Virus record (IMG/VR): IMGVR_UViG_3300028591_000118
Location: 1-64,000 of that record
Origin: a virus
Taxonomy: Duplodnaviria > Caudoviricetes
Reading direction: 5' to 3' (one strand)
Length of the DNA: 64,000 bases
Under the pieces are notes generated by a model. It ran no database searches, had not been told where the DNA came from, and saw only the letters and a list, made by a program, of their open reading frames with translations. The position numbers and the translations under genes are program-made. This document shows, piece by piece, positions 50,616 through 60,666 of this stretch. Each line of letters starts with the position of its first letter. The first letter of the stretch is position 1.

Positions 50616-51596
50616 ATGGCTTTAACAAGTGATCAAATCACAGCTTTAAATTTTAAAGATTTTTATGGACAGATTCGCCCCTATCTTAATGGCACTGCTC
50701 ATGGCGGATTTACACCAATAGGTACAGTTATATCTGTTATGGGTAATCATGCTCCATTAAATTATTTAATTTGTGATGGAACAGTATATAATATTGCGGA
50801 CTATTCTGAATTAGCAAGTTATTTTAATCAGGAATTTGGTAGTATTAATTTCTTTGGCGGGAATGGAACAACAACATTTGCTGTTCCCGACCTTAGAGGA
50901 GAGTTCTTAAGAGGTACGGGTACAAACAGCCATGCACATGGTGGTACTGGTCTTGCAGTAGGCGTTCATCAACAAGCAACATTATATCCTTATATTGGAA
51001 TAAATACACAACAGACGAAAACTGTATGGACAAATTCTACAGGTACATCTGATGAAAGTGGAAATGGTATTTATCCATTAAATATTGATACTCAAATAAT
51101 TGGTCATGGTGGTAACAATAAAGGTATGGATAAACCAAATGGTTTAGACGGTACTTGGGCTGGAGCAACGAATGTTACTAACTATACCGGCAGACCTACC
51201 AACACATCAGTTCTTTATTGTATAGCAACAAAGAATATTTTTATGGACGCTGGGAACAATTTTTCTTCTGACGAATTAGTTGTTGGTACTTGGGTAAATG
51301 GAAAGCCGTTGTATCAAAAGACAATTACTACTACTGCCCCTACTGTTGCTACGGCAGGCACTTATGTAGTTGTAACAGTACCACACAATGTATCTAATGT
51401 GGATACTATTTTTACTCCGTGTGCATTTGTTAAAGATAATAGTAATATTGCAAGAATGATGCCATACACAGTTAATGCTGGATATCAAATAAAAGCAAAT
51501 CCTGGTAGAAGTGGCATACAATTTACATCAGCAATTAAAGACTTTAATGGTTGTACTTGTTATATAACCATACAATATACAAAAACAACAGATTAG
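50616..51596 (+). CDS. Tail fibre protein with a phage tail collar domain
   Basis: PIGTVI...YLICDG...FAVPDLRGEFLRG. Confidence 0.8.
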   Translation: MALTSDQITALNFKDFYGQIRPYLNGTAHGGFTPIGTVISVMGNHAPLNYLICDGTVYNIADYSELASYFNQEFGSINFFGGNGTTTFAVPDLRGEFLRGTGTNSHAHGGTGLAVGVHQQATLYPYIGINTQQTKTVWTNSTGTSDESGNGIYPLNIDTQIIGHGGNNKGMDKPNGLDGTWAGATNVTNYTGRPTNTSVLYCIATKNIFMDAGNNFSSDELVVGTWVNGKPLYQKTITTTAPTVATAGTYVVVTVPHNVSNVDTIFTPCAFVKDNSNIARMMPYTVNAGYQIKANPGRSGIQFTSAIKDFNGCTCYITIQYTKTTD

Positions 51597-51611
51597 GAAA
51601 GGAGATAATAT

Positions 51612-51908
51612 ATGAGTTTAGTACAAACTTTTCCAAGCGGGAAGGGCGGAGGATCTACCTCTGAAACTATTACAGGTACGCTCCTTTCTTCTGGTTGGGA
51701 TTCAAATAATCAACAGACATTAACTTTTGCGGGGATCGATAGTTCCACAAACGGAACCATCGGCTGCCCTATAACAGCGACTGCCGCACAAATCGCGGCA
51801 TATGAATCCGCAGGCATCACTGCAGTATCGCAAAGCGATGCTGCCATCACATTTGAAGCTAAAGACGTTCCCGCAATTGATTTACCTGTTGTTCTTATAA
51901 CTGTTTAA
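51612..51908 (+). CDS. Small fibre-associated protein
   Basis: GTLLSSGW..QQTLTF domain shared with 48559. Confidence 0.55.
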   Translation: MSLVQTFPSGKGGGSTSETITGTLLSSGWDSNNQQTLTFAGIDSSTNGTIGCPITATAAQIAAYESAGITAVSQSDAAITFEAKDVPAIDLPVVLITV

Positions 51909-51922
51909 GGGGAGGTAATGAT

Positions 51923-52363
51923 ATGGCTATAGTATCAACCTTCCCCGAAAAACGGGGTTTAAATACAGATGATATAAATGATATTACTAATGGTGAAATT
52001 AATAATGGCTTTGTGCAAAGTCAATTTAATTTTTCAACTGAGGAACAAGTGGTTGGTAAATGGATTGATGGTAAACCAATTTATCAAAGAACTTTTAGTG
52101 TAAATACGGGCAGCGGAGGAGAAGTTGTTTATCCATTAACTGGTTGGAATATTGATACAGTTATTTTCTTTACTGGTGTTATAGAACAAATAGCTAATGG
52201 TAAAAAATATTATCCTTCTATATTTTATCAAGGAGACAATACTTATAAATGCAATGCTTTTTGTGCTTATGAAGGTAGAAATGGATTTGTAATTGCTGTT
52301 GGTTCTGGTTATTATAATTTTAATGCTTATATAACACTTCAATATACTAAAATAACTGATTAA
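51923..52363 (+). CDS. Fibre-tip-like protein (pair with 53269)
   Basis: STFPEKRGLNTDDINDI N-terminus and GKWIDGKPIYQ domain. Confidence 0.6.
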   Translation: MAIVSTFPEKRGLNTDDINDITNGEINNGFVQSQFNFSTEEQVVGKWIDGKPIYQRTFSVNTGSGGEVVYPLTGWNIDTVIFFTGVIEQIANGKKYYPSIFYQGDNTYKCNAFCAYEGRNGFVIAVGSGYYNFNAYITLQYTKITD

Positions 52364-52407
52364 AGAAGGAGGATAGCAGGAGACCAAAGGTCTCCCGCCA
52401 GGATAAT

Positions 52408-53250
52408 ATGGCTATTCAAAGTGATGAAACTTTAGTCACTAAAGGTGATTTAAAAACTTTATATATAGATAAAATCCTTCCTTACTTAGGCGGGAATATG
52501 ATGATGCAGACTGGAGTAAGCGATTACTATTCTACTGATGAAAAAGTAGTTGGTGTTTGGATAGATGGAAAACCATTATATCAAAAAACAATTAATTTTG
52601 GTACTTTACCAAATAATACTAAAAAAGCTGTAGCTCATGGAATTTCTAATATAGAAAAAGTTATATCTATTGATGGTTCTGCTTATGGCACTACAGGTGG
52701 AATATTTTATGCTTTTACCTTTCCTAATGTAGGAACTAATAATCAATATACTTATGATATCGCAATAGATATTACTGGAGCCAATATTGATATTACAACT
52801 CAAACTGATAGAACTTTTTTAACAGGTATTGCAACAATTAAATATACTAAAACCACAGATACAGCATCTTCCGCACTTACTACACCTGGCTGTTATGATC
52901 TCAATAGACCAGATTTGTGGCCCGAGAATAAAGAAATATTTTTTGGAAATGGGTTATATGGACAAAGGTTTACAGGTAAGATAACTGCTGCTGGATCTAC
53001 TTGGATTGGTACTACTCTTCTTTCAGCTGAGACACCCGCAATTCATATTGTAAATTGGGGCGGTAGTTATTGTTATGACACCAATTCGGGCGCAGAAATA
53101 CCTGTTGGATCAACTTGGAGTAATGCTGATAATTACAACAATGGTATTGATAATATGACAATTAATGGAAATGCATTAGTTTTTGGCAGTGTATCTGGAG
53201 GTACAAGAAATAATGCTCCATATAATATTTGGATAACATATACAAAGTAA
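52408..53250 (+). CDS. Fibre-tip-like protein (pair with 53710)
   Basis: MAIQSDETLVTKGDLK N-terminus; TPGCYDLNRPDLWPENKEIFFGNGLYGQ linker. Confidence 0.6.
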   Translation: MAIQSDETLVTKGDLKTLYIDKILPYLGGNMMMQTGVSDYYSTDEKVVGVWIDGKPLYQKTINFGTLPNNTKKAVAHGISNIEKVISIDGSAYGTTGGIFYAFTFPNVGTNNQYTYDIAIDITGANIDITTQTDRTFLTGIATIKYTKTTDTASSALTTPGCYDLNRPDLWPENKEIFFGNGLYGQRFTGKITAAGSTWIGTTLLSAETPAIHIVNWGGSYCYDTNSGAEIPVGSTWSNADNYNNGIDNMTINGNALVFGSVSGGTRNNAPYNIWITYTK

Positions 53251-53268
53251 GGGAAAGGAGAATGAATT

Positions 53269-53697
53269 ATGTCAATAATAAGCACCTTTCCTGAAAAGAG
53301 AGGATTAAATACAGACGACATTAATGATATTGTTTCTGGAGAAATAAGTAATGGATTTGTTCAAAGTCAAACATGCTACAGTACAGAAGAACAGATTGTA
53401 GGTAAATGGATTGATGGTAAACCGCTTTATCAAAAAACCTTTACAGGCACTACGTCAACAACAACAAGTTCTGACTCAGTTGCAGGTACAATAACTAATC
53501 TTGATACATTAGTAAATTCAAACGGTACTATATTTTTAGCAGGTGCTTGGGGTGTAAATCAACATTCATTACCATATAATAATGTTGCAGAATATTATAT
53601 TGATACATCAAATCAAGTGATTATACATAAACAAAATGAAATTGCAAATACTAAACAATATATGGTTACAATTCAATATACAAAAACAACAGATTAA
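53269..53697 (+). CDS. Fibre-tip-like protein (pair with 51923)
   Basis: Same N-terminus as 51923, divergent core. Confidence 0.6.
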   Translation: MSIISTFPEKRGLNTDDINDIVSGEISNGFVQSQTCYSTEEQIVGKWIDGKPLYQKTFTGTTSTTTSSDSVAGTITNLDTLVNSNGTIFLAGAWGVNQHSLPYNNVAEYYIDTSNQVIIHKQNEIANTKQYMVTIQYTKTTD

Positions 53698-53709
53698 GGA
53701 GGAATTTAA

Positions 53710-54573
53710 ATGGCAATTCAAAGTGACGAGACGCTTGTAACCAAAGGTGATCTCAAAGAATTATACCAAGATAAGATTCTTCCTTATCTTGGTGGTAATG
53801 CAATGCTCGCAACTAATGTTGGTGACTATTATAATACTGATGAAAAAATAGTTGGCGTTTGGGTTAATGGAAAGCCCTTATATCAAAAAACAGTATTATG
53901 TCATTTTGCTAACTCTATAACAGAAGGAACAGACATTTATGAGCGCACCCCAATAGGTAATAATAATCTTGATTTTGCATATGTGTATGATTGGTTTTTT
54001 GATATGACCACATGGAAAGTTATAATGAATAATACTGCATGGGGATGTATCATGGATACAGTATCAAACAAAAGCACTGCTTGCAACTGTTGGGCAAGTG
54101 TTATATATAGTAACGATAGTTACGATATAAGACTTGGAACTAATCGTCATGCATTTGAAGGAATGAGTGCTTATGTAACTGTTCGTTATACCAAATCAAC
54201 AGATGCGGCTAATAGTGCGGTGGCTACCCCTGGATGCTACGATCTTAATCGTCCGGATCTCTGGCCCGAGAATAAAGAAATATTCTTTGGTAATGGATTA
54301 TATGGGCAAAAATTTGTAGGAACATTAACGTCTGCTGCATCTACAAGAATATTGTCACATATTTATAATTATCCAATATATCTAGTTAGTTATGGTGGAT
54401 ATGTTACTTATAATCAAAACGGAGATACAATGATGCTTGGTTATCATCAAGATGACACAAATTATGTATGTGGTTTATATGCTCACGCTAATGATGGTTT
54501 ATATTTATTTACAAAAAGTGCAGCTGCTCGTACAAATGCACCATATAATATATGGGTAACTTATACTAAATAA
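53710..54573 (+). CDS. Fibre-tip-like protein (pair with 52408)
   Basis: Same N-terminus, linker and C-terminal end as 52408, divergent cores. Confidence 0.6.
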   Translation: MAIQSDETLVTKGDLKELYQDKILPYLGGNAMLATNVGDYYNTDEKIVGVWVNGKPLYQKTVLCHFANSITEGTDIYERTPIGNNNLDFAYVYDWFFDMTTWKVIMNNTAWGCIMDTVSNKSTACNCWASVIYSNDSYDIRLGTNRHAFEGMSAYVTVRYTKSTDAANSAVATPGCYDLNRPDLWPENKEIFFGNGLYGQKFVGTLTSAASTRILSHIYNYPIYLVSYGGYVTYNQNGDTMMLGYHQDDTNYVCGLYAHANDGLYLFTKSAAARTNAPYNIWVTYTK

Positions 54574-54688
54574 CGGGAACCAGGTCAGGGATCCCTGACC
54601 TGGACCGCCGCACTTTCAAAATATTTTAAGGGCACATGTGTTAAATGTGCTCTTTTTGCTTTTTATATACATGTAGGAGGTAAATAAT

Positions 54689-54931
54689 ATGGGTGTTATT
54701 TATTTACATGGAGTCGCCTATGGTAAAGGCTCTGGCGGCGGTGGAGGCGGTGGAACCTCCGACTACAATGAATTAACTAATAAGCCTCGTATAAATAATG
54801 TAACTTTAAATGGGAATAAAACAACTGAAAACTTAGGTTTGGTTAATGATGTAACAACTTATATGGAATCAGATGGTTCGATTGCAATAGGTATGGTATC
54901 AAATGACCAAATTAATGATTTATTTAACTAA
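54689..54931 (+). CDS. Small structural protein
   Basis: DYNELTNKPRINNVTLNGNKT fibre-type motif. Confidence 0.6.
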   Translation: MGVIYLHGVAYGKGSGGGGGGGTSDYNELTNKPRINNVTLNGNKTTENLGLVNDVTTYMESDGSIAIGMVSNDQINDLFN

Positions 54932-54954
54932 CATAATAAAAGGAGGGTCATATA

Positions 54955-55821
54955 ATGGCAGCAGTTAGTAAAAATTTCTTAGATCTTACAGGTTTGCAAA
55001 CTTATAATAATAAAATTAAAGAGTGGGCAAACAGTGTTAATCAACTTGGTTATAAGAGTGCATTAACTTCAGCAGATGGAAATAATTTATATCTTTATAA
55101 AAAAGCAAGTGCAGTACTTGGTACAGATACTCCTGATGTAACTATTTCACTTGTAGCAGGCGATTCTGCAATTACAGTTGAAGATGCAGCAACTCCTACA
55201 ACAGGTTATCTTAAAACATATAAGATTTGGCAAGGTGACACTTCAGTTCCTGCAAATCTTAAAGGAACAATTGATATTCCTAAGGATTTCCTTGTAAAGA
55301 GTGGCTCTATTGTAGTAAATCCTACAGGTCAACCAGCAGGTACTTATCTTGCACTTGTTATTAATTCAAAAGATGCTTCTGCAACAGATGAAACAATTTA
55401 TATTAATGTAGCAGATCTCTGTGATGTATATACAGCTGCAGCTGGAGCTTCTGAAGTACAACTTGCAATTAGTAATACAAATGAAATTAGTGCATCTGTA
55501 GTTGCTATTGATGGTGCTAAAATTGGTTATAAGGCAGAATCTTCTGCAGGTGCTGGAGATGCTGAATCAGTTAAAGCTGCACTTACTCGTTTAGATGGCG
55601 CTGCTTCAACAACAGGATCAGTTGCAGAGAAAATCTCTACTGCTATTGGAGAACTTGATACTTCTAATGATGTAGCAATAGCTTCTTATGATAGTTCAAC
55701 AAGTTCAATTACTTTAACAAATGGAATTAAAGAGCAAGATGGCGTAATTTCCGCAGGAACTGGTGATGGTATTATAATTAGTCCTATCGCTACTGCAGAC
55801 ATAAACGCTTTATTCTCATAA
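54955..55821 (+). CDS. Structural fibre-like protein
   Basis: FLDLTGLQTY N-terminus; IDIPKDFLVKSG; INALF end. Confidence 0.6.
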   Translation: MAAVSKNFLDLTGLQTYNNKIKEWANSVNQLGYKSALTSADGNNLYLYKKASAVLGTDTPDVTISLVAGDSAITVEDAATPTTGYLKTYKIWQGDTSVPANLKGTIDIPKDFLVKSGSIVVNPTGQPAGTYLALVINSKDASATDETIYINVADLCDVYTAAAGASEVQLAISNTNEISASVVAIDGAKIGYKAESSAGAGDAESVKAALTRLDGAASTTGSVAEKISTAIGELDTSNDVAIASYDSSTSSITLTNGIKEQDGVISAGTGDGIIISPIATADINALFS

Positions 55822-55843
55822 TTAAATAATAAGGAGGCATATT

Positions 55844-56017
55844 ATGGCTGCACAAGAACAACATTATCTTGACCTCCAAGGATTAACAACTTATGATGCT
55901 AAAATTAAAGCAGAAATACCCGATCCAGATGAAAGCACAATCATTACTGACTCTAATGGAAAATTAAAAGTAAAAAAAGCTCCTTCTTTTTCTGGTACTG
56001 CATTAATATTTTCATAA
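55844..56017 (+). CDS. Small protein sharing the N-terminal YLDLQGLTTY..KIK motif with 54955
   Basis: GGAGG RBS; below the ORF-track size cutoff. Confidence 0.6.
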   Translation: MAAQEQHYLDLQGLTTYDAKIKAEIPDPDESTIITDSNGKLKVKKAPSFSGTALIFS

Positions 56018-56035
56018 AAATAATAGGAGGAGTAG

Positions 56036-56401
56036 ATGAATAACTTAAAACAAATAACAAATTTTGATGTTTTAGATGCTCCTTCTATTGTAGAAGAGAT
56101 AATAATTGGCGGAGAAACAATAAACTATAATTATAAACAAATAACTTTAATAGGCAATATAACAAAATTAGGATATTGTTGTGAAGTTAAAGGTATTGGA
56201 TATCCAATCTTTTTAACATTTAATAATACCTCCAAAAAAAAATTTGAAATTGGTAAAACTGGAATGTTTGAATTTCAAGAAGAACAATGGAAAAATATAA
56301 ATGATATAGAAAGTGAAGAGCAAACTGCAATAGTTTATTGTATTGAAGTAGAAGTTCCAGAAGGAATTAAATTTACTTTAGATTATTTTGATAAGCAATA
56401 G
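56036..56401 (+). CDS. Hypothetical (probably structural) protein
   Basis: GGAGG RBS; EIGKTGMFE motif. Confidence 0.6.
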   Translation: MNNLKQITNFDVLDAPSIVEEIIIGGETINYNYKQITLIGNITKLGYCCEVKGIGYPIFLTFNNTSKKKFEIGKTGMFEFQEEQWKNINDIESEEQTAIVYCIEVEVPEGIKFTLDYFDKQ

Positions 56402-56412
56402 GAGGATTAGTT

Positions 56413-56613
56413 ATGACATTGGGTGATTTTTTAGGTGCTGCTAAAGTAGGTGATAAATCAATTACAGTTAATCTTTATGATAAAGATGATTTATTACTTA
56501 TTACTTTTAATTTACCTGGTTATCCTAATCTTGATGACTCTCTTGAAGGAAGTCTTGTAAGATTATGGTCAATGACAAATTTATATACAATAAATGTATA
56601 TTTAGCAGACTAA
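56413..56613 (+). CDS. Hypothetical protein
   Basis: GGAGG RBS; terminator at 56620-56655. Confidence 0.6.
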   Translation: MTLGDFLGAAKVGDKSITVNLYDKDDLLLITFNLPGYPNLDDSLEGSLVRLWSMTNLYTINVYLAD

Positions 56614-56918
56614 TAAATGGCGGGAATGAGTTTATACTCATTCCCGTTTTTTTATTGACTTTTTTGAAAATTTTTGATATAATATATATAGAAAGTTAAA
56701 AATAAAACTTTTCATTTCCTTTGCTTTAGTTTAAAATAAACTAAAGGAAATAAATTATCATAGCTTAAAATATGATAATGATATTCATGGTATTTTTGAT
56801 AGAAGCGGTGGACAGTGTTTTCAATTAGTCAGGTTCTTCTTTTTAAGAAGAAGTAAATCGTGTGATCTTAGATCCCCATACCGCTGCTGAAAAAAATCTG
56901 GCTAAGAAAACATATCTT

Positions 56919-56990
56919 TGGGGTGTCGCCAAGCGGTAAGGCCCAGGACTTTGACTCCTGTATCCAGTGGTTCGAATCCACTTACCCCAG
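56919..56990 (+). tRNA. tRNA-Gln(TTG)
   Basis: Cloverleaf; CAGGA-CTTTGAC-TCCTG. Confidence 0.92.
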
Positions 56991-57174
56991 TTAACTTGGA
57001 ACTTACTTTAATAGTTTTTAGAAAACAAGCTATCATATAAGATAGGCAAATCATTATGGAATAAAGTATTTTCCAAGAGGTAGAGAAATTAGAAGTAATT
57101 TCTTGAATTTTTCCTCCGAGAGCAAATGTGGGAGGTTTAAATGGATGAGCAGTAGGAAGTGACTTTAAACTCAT

Positions 57175-57218
57175 AAAAAAAATAAGGCTCGATACAATTA
57201 AGTATCGAGCCTTTTCTT
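57175..57218. terminator. Bidirectional intrinsic terminator between the tRNA-Gln unit and fliD
   Basis: AAGGCTCGATAC...GTATCGAGCCTT flanked by A and T tracts. Confidence 0.8.
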
Positions 57219-58606
57219 TATACTGTCATTCCAAATAAACCTGCTAATGAATTAGTTTGATTTTGCATTTTTGATAATGCAGTTTCCATTCTAGCAAATT
57301 TTTCATAGTATTTATCTTCCATTTCAGTTATCTTTTTATCCCATTTTTCAATCTTCTTAGTGAAATCATCATAATTAGATTTCATTTCTTTATCATGGAA
57401 TATTGTATAAGCACTATTATAGCTAGTTGATCTCATTCTATCATTTAAATCATTATACATTTTAGATGATAATTGAGTTATAAAACCTATAACTCCATTA
57501 GGATCATCAGCAATAGCTTGCTTTAATTGCTTTTCGTCTATATTATATACACCACGCTCATTTTGTTCTGTAGTAAAATAATTTCCTGTAGTAATTCCAA
57601 TTTTAGCAAGACTATATTTTTCTCCATTAATCATATATGATTGCATCATGTTATTCTTAAATAATCTACTTATATCACCAAGTAAACTATCTTTACTTAA
57701 TATACTATCTTTAATAAGTTTTTCCCATTCATCTGCTTGCTTATCGCTAATAGCATATCGTTCATCATCTGTCAATGGTTCATAATTTGATTTCTTTGCA
57801 TTATAAGCAGTATCAATCTTTCTAATAACATTATTATATTTTTCAATAAAATCTTTTACTATATCAAATATTTTATTATTAGATTGCTTATTAATTGTAG
57901 TGCTTCCCGCCTTAAATACATTTATATTCAAATCATTAATTTGAAAAGTATTTTCTTCAGATTGGAATTCCGCACCATTTAATTCAATAATAGCATCTTG
58001 ACCAACTTGTTTTGCGGCGCCCTCGCCTAGCCCTAAAGCTTCTAAGATCTCATCATTACCTTCAATAGAAAAGTTACTTTTAAGACCTGTTTTGCGAGAA
58101 GCTAAAAACAATCTACCATTACGTTCATCAAAATTTGCTTTTAAACCAACTTCACTAAGTTTCTTTGCAACATCACTCATTGACATATCTGATGTAATAC
58201 TTATATGCTTTTCCATTCCCGCATATTTTACAGTAATATCATCATTAATTCCAATAGGATAAGATTGCTTTACCTTAGCACCTGTTAAATAAGTATTAGT
58301 TGCAACTTGCTTAACAGTTAAATTTTGAATTCCGCTAAAGCTAGATCCTGAGACACTTGCTATCTGTTCATCCGCAATTTTAACATCATCTTGAACAAAA
58401 GAAGTCTCTAGTCTAGTATTAGACAAAGTATTTGTAAAGAATGAATTAATTTCTTTATTCATATCTTTCCAAGCATCTTGTTTATACTCTAATGTCTTCT
58501 GTTGTTTCCAGATCTTATCTCTACGCGCGGTATATGCAGTAGTCATCTGTTTTATGATACTCTCTGTATCAAAACCAGAAATCATTCCAGAAATTCTCAT
58601 AGCCAT
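57218..58606 (-). CDS. fliD: Flagellar filament capping protein (HAP2) homologue
   Basis: N-terminal RISGMISGFDTESIIKQM...QDAWKDMN; V.QVAT; GQDAIIELNG...EENTF; YEPLTDDE...WE; C-terminal EDKYYEKFARMETALSKMQNQ. Confidence 0.9.
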   Translation of the reverse strand: MAMRISGMISGFDTESIIKQMTTAYTARRDKIWKQQKTLEYKQDAWKDMNKEINSFFTNTLSNTRLETSFVQDDVKIADEQIASVSGSSFSGIQNLTVKQVATNTYLTGAKVKQSYPIGINDDITVKYAGMEKHISITSDMSMSDVAKKLSEVGLKANFDERNGRLFLASRKTGLKSNFSIEGNDEILEALGLGEGAAKQVGQDAIIELNGAEFQSEENTFQINDLNINVFKAGSTTINKQSNNKIFDIVKDFIEKYNNVIRKIDTAYNAKKSNYEPLTDDERYAISDKQADEWEKLIKDSILSKDSLLGDISRLFKNNMMQSYMINGEKYSLAKIGITTGNYFTTEQNERGVYNIDEKQLKQAIADDPNGVIGFITQLSSKMYNDLNDRMRSTSYNSAYTIFHDKEMKSNYDDFTKKIEKWDKKITEMEDKYYEKFARMETALSKMQNQTNSLAGLFGMTV

Positions 58607-58814
58607 ATTTTATTAACCTCCTTGTCTGCTATATTTATAAAGAAATCCATTTCTTTATAGTCTATTAAATATTAAAATTATAAAGATATAATTATCCATT
58701 TTTGCTTAATCTTATTATAACATAATTTTTTTATTTTGTCAATAAATACTTTATATTGATTTTTAAAAAAAATTATGATATAATTATTATATAATAAAAA
58801 GGAGAATTAATATT

Positions 58815-59081
58815 ATGCAATTTATTATTTTTCAATCTAATTTAAATCGTTATTTTACAAATAAAGGAAAAGTAATTGTTTTTAATGATGAATCAGAAGC
58901 TATTAATTTTGCAAATATATTTTATAATGGCTTTGCAATAGCTCAAGCTATGGCTATGGTGTTTGAAGATCCTAGCATTATTCAATTAGTAGGAGAGTCT
59001 GCTAAAAGATGGAAGGTAGAAACTTTACCTGAGAAATATGAATACCAGATAATCAATTTTGAAGAATTAAAAAAGAGGTGA
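58815..59081 (+). CDS. Hypothetical protein
   Basis: Promoter and RBS. Confidence 0.6.
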   Translation: MQFIIFQSNLNRYFTNKGKVIVFNDESEAINFANIFYNGFAIAQAMAMVFEDPSIIQLVGESAKRWKVETLPEKYEYQIINFEELKKR

Positions 59082-59086
59082 TATAA

Positions 59087-59896
59087 ATGAGTGTATATGC
59101 AAGTGCAGATTGGCATGGCGTTGGAGATCTTGCAAATCAAATATTAAATTATCTTAAATCAGATGATACTTTGTACTTTTTAGGAGACGCAATAGACAGA
59201 GCACCAGATGGTGTTGAAATAATGAAGAAGCTTCTTGCAGATCCTAGAATAATTTATATAAGAGGAAATCATGAAGAACTTATGGAGGAGTGTCTTCCAT
59301 ATGTATTAAAAGAAATCAATGATATAAATTATTATGGTGGTAATAATTATTATAGTTGGTATGGTAATGGAGGACAAAAAACTGCAGAAGTATTTTTTGA
59401 ACATCCAGAATGGGGCCCTCCGCTTCTAGAAGCAATTAGGAAAATGCCAACAGAACAAATATATCATTCTCCTCTTGGTCATGATGTTATTCTAGAACAT
59501 GCTGGATATACTCCTTTTGATATTCCTCATCGATCTCATATACCAACTTGGGATAGAGAACATTTTTATGATGAATGGAATAGAGGATTTACAAAAGAAG
59601 GATGTCCTAATCCTGATAAAACTTTTATTGTTCATGGTCATACTCCTGTTCAGTATCTGAAATATGATTTTGGATATAAGGGGCAAGATTCATTAACAAA
59701 AGAAGAAATGGAGGATAGGCGAAAATGGCTTTGTGGTGATTATTATAATTGTAAATCTTCATTTGTTTTAACATATTGTGATGGGCATAAAATTGATATT
59801 GATTTATGTTCTGTGGCAAGCGGGAAGGCGGTTCTTCTTAATCTTGATACATTTGAAGAAATATATTTTCAAACTAAAGTAAATAAGGAGTGGTAA
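59087..59896 (+). CDS. Calcineurin-like metallophosphoesterase (Ser/Thr phosphatase-like)
   Basis: DWHG, GDAIDR, GNHE, HAG and HGHTP motifs. Confidence 0.9.
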   Translation: MSVYASADWHGVGDLANQILNYLKSDDTLYFLGDAIDRAPDGVEIMKKLLADPRIIYIRGNHEELMEECLPYVLKEINDINYYGGNNYYSWYGNGGQKTAEVFFEHPEWGPPLLEAIRKMPTEQIYHSPLGHDVILEHAGYTPFDIPHRSHIPTWDREHFYDEWNRGFTKEGCPNPDKTFIVHGHTPVQYLKYDFGYKGQDSLTKEEMEDRRKWLCGDYYNCKSSFVLTYCDGHKIDIDLCSVASGKAVLLNLDTFEEIYFQTKVNKEW

Positions 59897-60168
59897 AAAT
59901 GATTAGATTATATAATATTAAATGGCATCTCGCAAAGGAAGAAAGGTGCGGGAAGGCCTCGGTAGATCGTACTACAATGGTTAAACTTACAGATGCTAGG
60001 GGAGAAGTTGCAGTAGATGCTAAAAGAGCATTGAATGTATTTATTAAATCTTGTGGCAATTTAAAAAAGAATGTTGTTACTGAGATTATAGAAATGGATG
60101 AAGATGGTAATCAGATTGGAGAAAAGATAACACCAACTGGAGATTCAATTATACCTATGGGGAGATAA
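59890..60168 (+). CDS. Hypothetical protein
   Basis: Operonic; start may be MIRLY at 59899. Confidence 0.6.
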   Translation: MVKMIRLYNIKWHLAKEERCGKASVDRTTMVKLTDARGEVAVDAKRALNVFIKSCGNLKKNVVTEIIEMDEDGNQIGEKITPTGDSIIPMGR

Positions 60169-60170
60169 AA

Positions 60171-60392
60171 ATGGATTATAGTTCAGAAGTAGCTTTAGCT
60201 TATACTTTTTTAAATAAGAATAATGATGATAAAAATTTAAGAGGATTGATAAATCAGTTAAAGTACTCACCTGGAATGTTACATAGTGATAAATGGAGTG
60301 TAATCTACGACTACCTCTATGATCATTATATCAATGATATTAATGTAGATGGTCTTGTGACAGGATTAAGTTATATTGCAGAAGGTTATTGA
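60171..60392 (+). CDS. Hypothetical protein
   Basis: Operonic; terminator at 60397-60445. Confidence 0.6.
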   Translation: MDYSSEVALAYTFLNKNNDDKNLRGLINQLKYSPGMLHSDKWSVIYDYLYDHYINDINVDGLVTGLSYIAEGY

Positions 60393-60666
60393 TAAATGCG
60401 GGAACCAGGTGTTGAGTGTAGCATCGACTGGATTCCCGCATTTTATTTGATTTTTATTAAAAAATATAATATAATATTATTATAGAAAAGGAAATATTAT
60501 ATGAGTAAAAATAACCTACACAAAAAAATAACTTATGAAGATAAATTTGATAGGCATTATGCTTGTTGGGTTAAAAATAATCGAAAAGCTTGGCACTTTT
60601 GGAAACATAAAACTAGAAGAGATTTCCGAAGAAAAATAAAAAAACTATTAAAAGAGGTAATTTGAA

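Noticed and set aside
48559-54573. Diversity-generating retroelement or shufflon acting on the fibre genes
   Set aside because: No reverse transcriptase, invertase, inverted cassettes or adenine-only mismatched template repeat is visible in this window.
56902-57174. 90-aa minus-strand ORF
   Set aside because: Antisense to tRNA-Gln and beyond the fliD terminator, with no RBS.
57218-58606. fliD as a host chromosomal flank (prophage boundary)
   Set aside because: Both sides are phage-type genes with the same promoter style and GCGGGA signature; no other flagellar operon genes, integrase or att site are seen.
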